This document shows positions 59,901 to 64,000 of a DNA stretch of 64,000 nucleotides, one piece after another. This DNA comes from Scyliorhinus canicula (lineage: Eukaryota): NCBI RefSeq assembly GCF_902713615.1, contig NC_052158.1, positions 40,043,729-40,107,728 on the forward strand, written 5' to 3'. Under the pieces are notes generated by a model that worked only from the letters and a program-made list of their open reading frames with translations, had not been told where the DNA came from and did no database searches. Position 1 is the first letter of the stretch; the number at the start of each line of letters is the position of its first letter. The position numbers and the translations under genes were made by a program.

Positions 59901-60161
59901 CAGACGTCAGGTTTGTGCTCTTCATTATCGTATTCAGATTCTGCTTTGCCAGGTTTGTGTGTGTTTTTGCCTTTTCAGTCAAGTGGTCCCAGAATTCCGT
60001 TTTGAAATATTCGGCCATGAACTGCTGCCTGGGAATACACCGTTGGATATTGCTGTCATAATATCCTGTTTGGACACCATTGACGATCGCAGCACCAGTG
60101 ACCTGAGGAAAATCTTCAATGCCGAAGGTGACAGTGTATATCACCGTGAGGGAGTTCAAGT
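59901..60161 (-). CDS. MHC class I alpha1 exon
   Basis: DLNSLTVIYT..GIEDFPQ..VNGVQTGYYDS..IPRQQFMAE..EFWD..NLTSG, 261 nt, acceptor TTTCTTTACAG, donor GTAAGG, conserved N86-type sequon NLT. Confidence 0.95.
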
Positions 60162-60295
60162 CTGTAAAGAAATAGTCAACGGGACTGGTTAATAAACACC
60201 AATCTGATTACCGGAATAATATAACTGGGTTCCTGTGATCAGAATAATACCAGGAACCTCAGGAATATATCAAATACCGTGAAAATCACAGTAAA

Positions 60296-61120
60296 GGGGC
60301 GCTATCGAACGGCCACATTGTACCTAAAAGGCAGCGCAACGTGGCCGATAGATACCAGGAGACAAGGTTCTGGGATGTACATGGCTCGCAACGCCTCGCA
60401 TGAGCTAACACGATCCCACGAGACATTGTGATGTGAATCCCGCCCATTGTGGACAGGATCACATTTTAGCTCCTCTCACTCTAATATGTAGTTTCCCGAG
60501 GCAGACAAGTTGTTGCGATCGATCCCCTTCGTCTCGGAGATCCCGGGCAAGCGCAGCTCAGTGCTGATCTCCACACACCGGGACGAGACAGAATGGCACT
60601 CAATGGGGTCTCCCAGGGGTTCGGAGGCCCCCAGGTGTATGCCCTGGCATGGTGGCACCCTGGCACTGTTGGTGATATCTGGACACCCTCGCACTGCCAA
60701 CGTCAAGGTGCCCAGTTGGCACTGCCAGCTGGTAGAAGCATTGCCAGTGTACCAGGTTAACACTGACACGTTCCAAGCTGGCATTATTCACGCGGCGGCG
60801 ATTGGGCTGGGATGCCTTATGGGTGTTGAGAGGCACGTGGGGGAGGGTAGGGACCTCCTTATAGTGAGTTGGGGCTTTGGGGGGGGGGTGCGTTCATGGG
60901 TCGGGTTGGGGGCTCCAGAGTCCAAAGATCGGGATGCCACTTAAAAATGGGGTCCTGATGTTGCGCTACGCTGAGTAGTTCCAGTGAGCAGAGCTCCTCA
61001 CTGCAGAAAACAGGGCGATGTGCAGCTTCGGCTGCGCTAAATAGCGGGATATTTCTCAGAGCTGGGAGCACCGGGAAACACGTGGCTAAACATGCTCACG
61101 ATGGGACTTTGGCCATGATC
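60296..61120. mobile_element. Harbinger-like non-autonomous element upstream of the alpha1 exon
   Basis: GGGGCG start; the right end is the reverse complement of the subterminal sequence of the 34771 element. Confidence 0.55.
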
Positions 61121-61454
61121 TAACTAAATGGGAACAATGTGTTGGTGTCTGTAAAATAACTGAACAATTAAAGTGGACGGTTTAAAACACTCCCACAACC
61201 TGATCAAAGTGCGGCCCATCCACACAGTGACAATGTCCAATAATCCACCACTTTATCACAATGTCAGAATCCTGTCTGATATTGAAACAGAATCAGATTA
61301 AACTGGGTCACAATTAGATGCTGCAGCCTCTCAGAACAGGGAGTAAACACAGAATCAGTCACTCAGATACCCAATGGAGTCAGTGTGGACACGGGGGAGA
61401 GTCTGGGACACAATCCAGGGGTTAGCGTGTTAAATAGAAGATCGCTAAACTGAA

Positions 61455-64000
61455 CAGTAACCTGGGACATATCCAGCCTATCACTAACCTGGAACAGTAA
61501 CCTGGGACATACCCGGTCTATCACTAACCTGGAACAGTAACCTGGGACATATCCAGCCTATCACTAACCTGTAACAGCAATCTGGGACACGCCCGGTCTA
61601 TCACTAACCTGGAGCAGTAATCTGGGACACAATCCAGGGGTTAGTGTGTTAAACAGAAGATCACTAACCTCCTAGTGTAACCTGGGAAATACCCGGTCTG
61701 TAACTAACCTGGAACAGTAACCTGGGACACACCTGGTCTATCACTAACCTGGAACAGTAACCTGGGACACACCCGGTCTATCACTAACCTGGAACAGTAA
61801 CCTGGGACACACCCGGTCTATCACTAACCTGCAACAGTAACCTGGGAAACACTCGGTCTATCACTAACCTGGAACAGTAACCTGGGACACACCCGGTCTA
61901 TCACTAACCTGGAACAGTAACCTGGGACACACCCGGTCTATCACTAACCTGGAACAGTAACCTGGGACACACCCGGTCTATCACTAACCTGGAACTGTAA
62001 CCTGAGACTTACCCGGTCTATCACTAACCTGGAACAGTAACCTGGGACACACCCTGTCTGTCACTAAACTGGAACAGTAACCTGGGACACACCCGGTCTA
62101 TCACTAACCTGGAAGAGTAACCTGGGAAACACCCGGTATATCACTAACCAGGAACAGTAACCTGGGACACACCCGGTCTATCACTAACCTGGAACAGTAA
62201 CCTGGGACACACCCGGTCTATCACTAACCTGGAACAGTAACCTGGGACACACCCGGTCTATCACTAACCTGGAACAGTAACCTGGGACAAACCCGGTCTA
62301 TCACTAACCTGGAACAGTAACCTGGGACACACCCGGTCTATCACTAACCTGGAACAGTAACCTGGGACATACCCGGTCTATCACTAACCTGGAACAGTAA
62401 CCTGGGACACACCCGGTCTATCACTAACCTGGAACAGTAACCTGGGACACACCCGGTCTATCACTAACCTGGAACAGTAACCTGGGACACACCCGGTCTG
62501 TCACTAACCTGGAACAGTAACCTGGGACATACCCAGTCTATCACTAACCTGGAACGGTAACCTGGGACACACCCAGTCTATCACTAACCTGGAACAGTAA
62601 CCTGGGACACACCCGGTCTATCACTAACCTGGAACAGTAACCTGGGACACACCCGGTCTATCACTAACCTGGAACAGTAACCTGGGACACACCGGTCTAT
62701 CACTAACCTGGAACAGTAACCTGGGACACACTCCAGTCTATCACTAACCTGGAACAGTAACCTGGGACACACCCAGTCTATCACTAACCTGTAACAGTAA
62801 CCTGGGACACACCCGGTCTATCACTAACCTGGAACAGTAACCTGGGACACACCCGGTCTATCACTAACCTGGAACAGTAACCTGGGACACACCCGGTCTA
62901 TCACTAACCTGGAACAGTAACCTGGGACACACCCGGTCTATCACTAACCTGGAACAGTAACCTGGGACACACCCGGTCTATCACTAACCTGGAACAGTAA
63001 CCTGGGACACACCCGGTCTATCACTAACCTGGAACAGTAACCTGGGACATACCCGGTCTATCACTAACCTGGAACAGTAACCTGGGACATACCCGGTCTA
63101 TCACTAACCTGGAACAGTAACCTGGGACACACCCGGTCTATCACTAACCTGGAACAGTAACCTGGGACACACCCGGTCTATCACTAACCTGGAACAGTAA
63201 CCTGGGACACACCCGGTCTATCACTAACCTGGAACAGTAACCTGGGACACACCCGGTCTATCACTAACCTGGAACAGTAACCTGGGACACACCCGGTCTA
63301 TCACTAACCTGGAACAGTAACCTGGGACACACCCGGTCTATCACTAACCTGGAACAGTAACCTGGGACACACCCGGTCTATCACTAACCTGGAACAGTAA
63401 CCTGGGACACACCCGGTCTATCACTAACCTGGAACAGTAACCTGGGACACACCCGGTCTATCACTAACCTGGAACAGTAACCTGGGACACACCCGGTCTA
63501 TCACTAACCTGGAACAGTAACCTGGGACACACCCGGTCTATCACTAACCTGGAACAGTAACCTGGGACACACCCGGTCTATCACTAACCTGGAACAGTAA
63601 CCTGGGACACACCCAGTCTATCACTAACCTGGAACAGTAACCTGGGACACACCCGGTCTATCACTAACCTGGAACAGTAACCTGGGACACACCCGGTCTA
63701 TCACTAACCTGGAACAGTAACCTGGGACACACCCGGTCTATCACTAACCTGGAACAGTAACCTGGGACACACCCGGTCTATCACTAACCTGGAACAGTAA
63801 CCTGGGACACACCCAGGTCTATCACTAACCTGGAACAGTAACCTGGGACACACCCGGTCTATCACTAACCTGGAACAGTAACCTGGGACACTACCCGGTC
63901 TATCACTAACCTGGAACAGTAACCTGGGACAACCCGGTCTATCACTAACCTGGAACAGTAACCTGGGACACACCCGGTCTATCACTAACCTGGAACAGTA
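61455..64000. repeat. 40-bp tandem satellite, over 60 copies, running off the window
   Basis: Unit CCTGGGACACACCCGGTCTATCACTAACCTGGAACAGTAA, highly homogeneous after about 62150. Confidence 0.98.

Noticed and set aside
46546-60161. Classical MHC class Ia (UAA) assignment or a specific lineage symbol
   Set aside because: The anchor residues and alpha2 cysteines are missing, and lineage cannot be assigned without a phylogeny.
60212-60290. Candidate MHC leader exon (IPEVPGIILITGTQLYYS, donor GTAATC)
   Set aside because: In-frame TGA upstream, no ATG and a poor signal-peptide profile.
61455-64000. 40-bp array as a CRISPR array
   Set aside because: Head-to-tail identical units with no unique spacers, no cas genes and a vertebrate context.

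Overview
Eukaryotic, repeat-dense genomic DNA, almost certainly from an elasmobranch (HE1-like tRNA SINEs with (TGTTCTA)n tails, CR1 LINEs, shark-type MHC class I; a catshark such as Scyliorhinus is a guess). The only host gene I can reconstruct is a minus-strand non-classical MHC class I heavy chain spread over about 27 kb. Its exons are alpha1 59901-60161, alpha2 46546-46821, alpha3 46151-46429, TM 44785-44904, a 33-nt cytoplasmic exon 35749-35781, a stop-containing exon 34665-34700 and a 3'UTR exon ending near 33400. All splice sites are GT-AG, the coding junctions are phase 1 and the frame stays open; the leader exon was not found. The alpha2 domain lacks both canonical disulfide cysteines. 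The rest is transposable elements and tandem repeats: Gypsy LTR elements and solo LTRs with TSDs, a nearly complete Gypsy element with a YLDN RT motif, a hairpin in place of a PBS and a 24x15-aa Gag repeat, a pol-less LTR element with a 634-aa repeat ORF, a hAT transposon, several PIF/Harbinger elements and MITEs, a 3.7-kb tandem duplication, CR1 LINEs, SINEs and minisatellites. All calls were made by eye; no database searches were run.
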